Source of the DNA: Takakia lepidozioides
Taxonomy: Eukaryota > Plantae > Bryophyta
Direction of reading: 5' to 3'
DNA: 64,000 nt
Assembly: GCA_030704615.1 (NCBI GenBank)
Contig: CM060732.1
Coordinates: 48,608,001-48,672,000, forward strand
Both the position numbers and the translations under genes were made by a program. The notes below the pieces were generated by a model. It ran no database searches. It was not told the DNA's origin and saw only the letters and a list, made by a program, of their open reading frames with translations. Within the stretch, counting starts at the first letter, position 1; each line of letters starts with the position of its first letter. Positions 63,731 through 64,000 of the stretch are shown piece after piece.

Positions 63731-64000
63731 GTATGAATCTGACTGTCATTAAACTGGTTGGTCTTGATGACCTTGTCGCGTTCTTGGGGGAGGTTTGGGC
63801 AACCACGTCCCTCCAGAGGATGAGGATGATTGTCTGTGTGTTGTCTGACTTTGCTGTAATTCTTTATTTCCTGAAGACTCATTTTGTACATGGGTGTATT
63901 CGGGCCAACAGGTCTGGTTTGGAATGTCTTATACTAGGGTGGGAGCTCTTTTGAAAGTGTCATCATGTAAGGAAAATTTAATTCTTGATGTTGTCTATCA

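Overview
Eukaryotic (land-plant-like) nuclear DNA. The flanks carry spliced host genes: VIT1 (388-2751, -), an MPB2C-like gene (4328-7230, +) and a very intron-rich 5-oxoprolinase OXP1 (49029 to beyond the window end, +). Between them is a ~40-kb transposon nest. It contains (i) a CACTA element (9284-19089, TSD ATT) with a deleted TnpD and a TnpA-like gene bearing an FCP1/NIF-type phosphatase domain, (ii) an endonuclease-bearing Helitron remnant, (iii) a self-priming Tcn1-like chromovirus, and (iv) two diverged, decayed copies of an unusual Ty3/Gypsy element, one nested in the other. Those two copies are the main find. Their polyprotein is Gag-PR-[DNMT3-like C5 cytosine methyltransferase]-RT-RNaseH-DDE integrase-PHD. 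They lack a normal LTR pair and instead show split direct repeats (A1-internal-PPT-B1-GC-A2-T-B2) with 4-bp TSDs and an internal palindromic CA-GC-TG end-to-end junction. This is the layout expected if a 2-LTR circle were opened by integrase at a site inside the LTR. A ~5.9-kb inversion (40784-46701) scrambles the outer copy's 5' repeat and the chromovirus. All alignments were done by eye, with no database searches, so family assignments rest on motif recognition.
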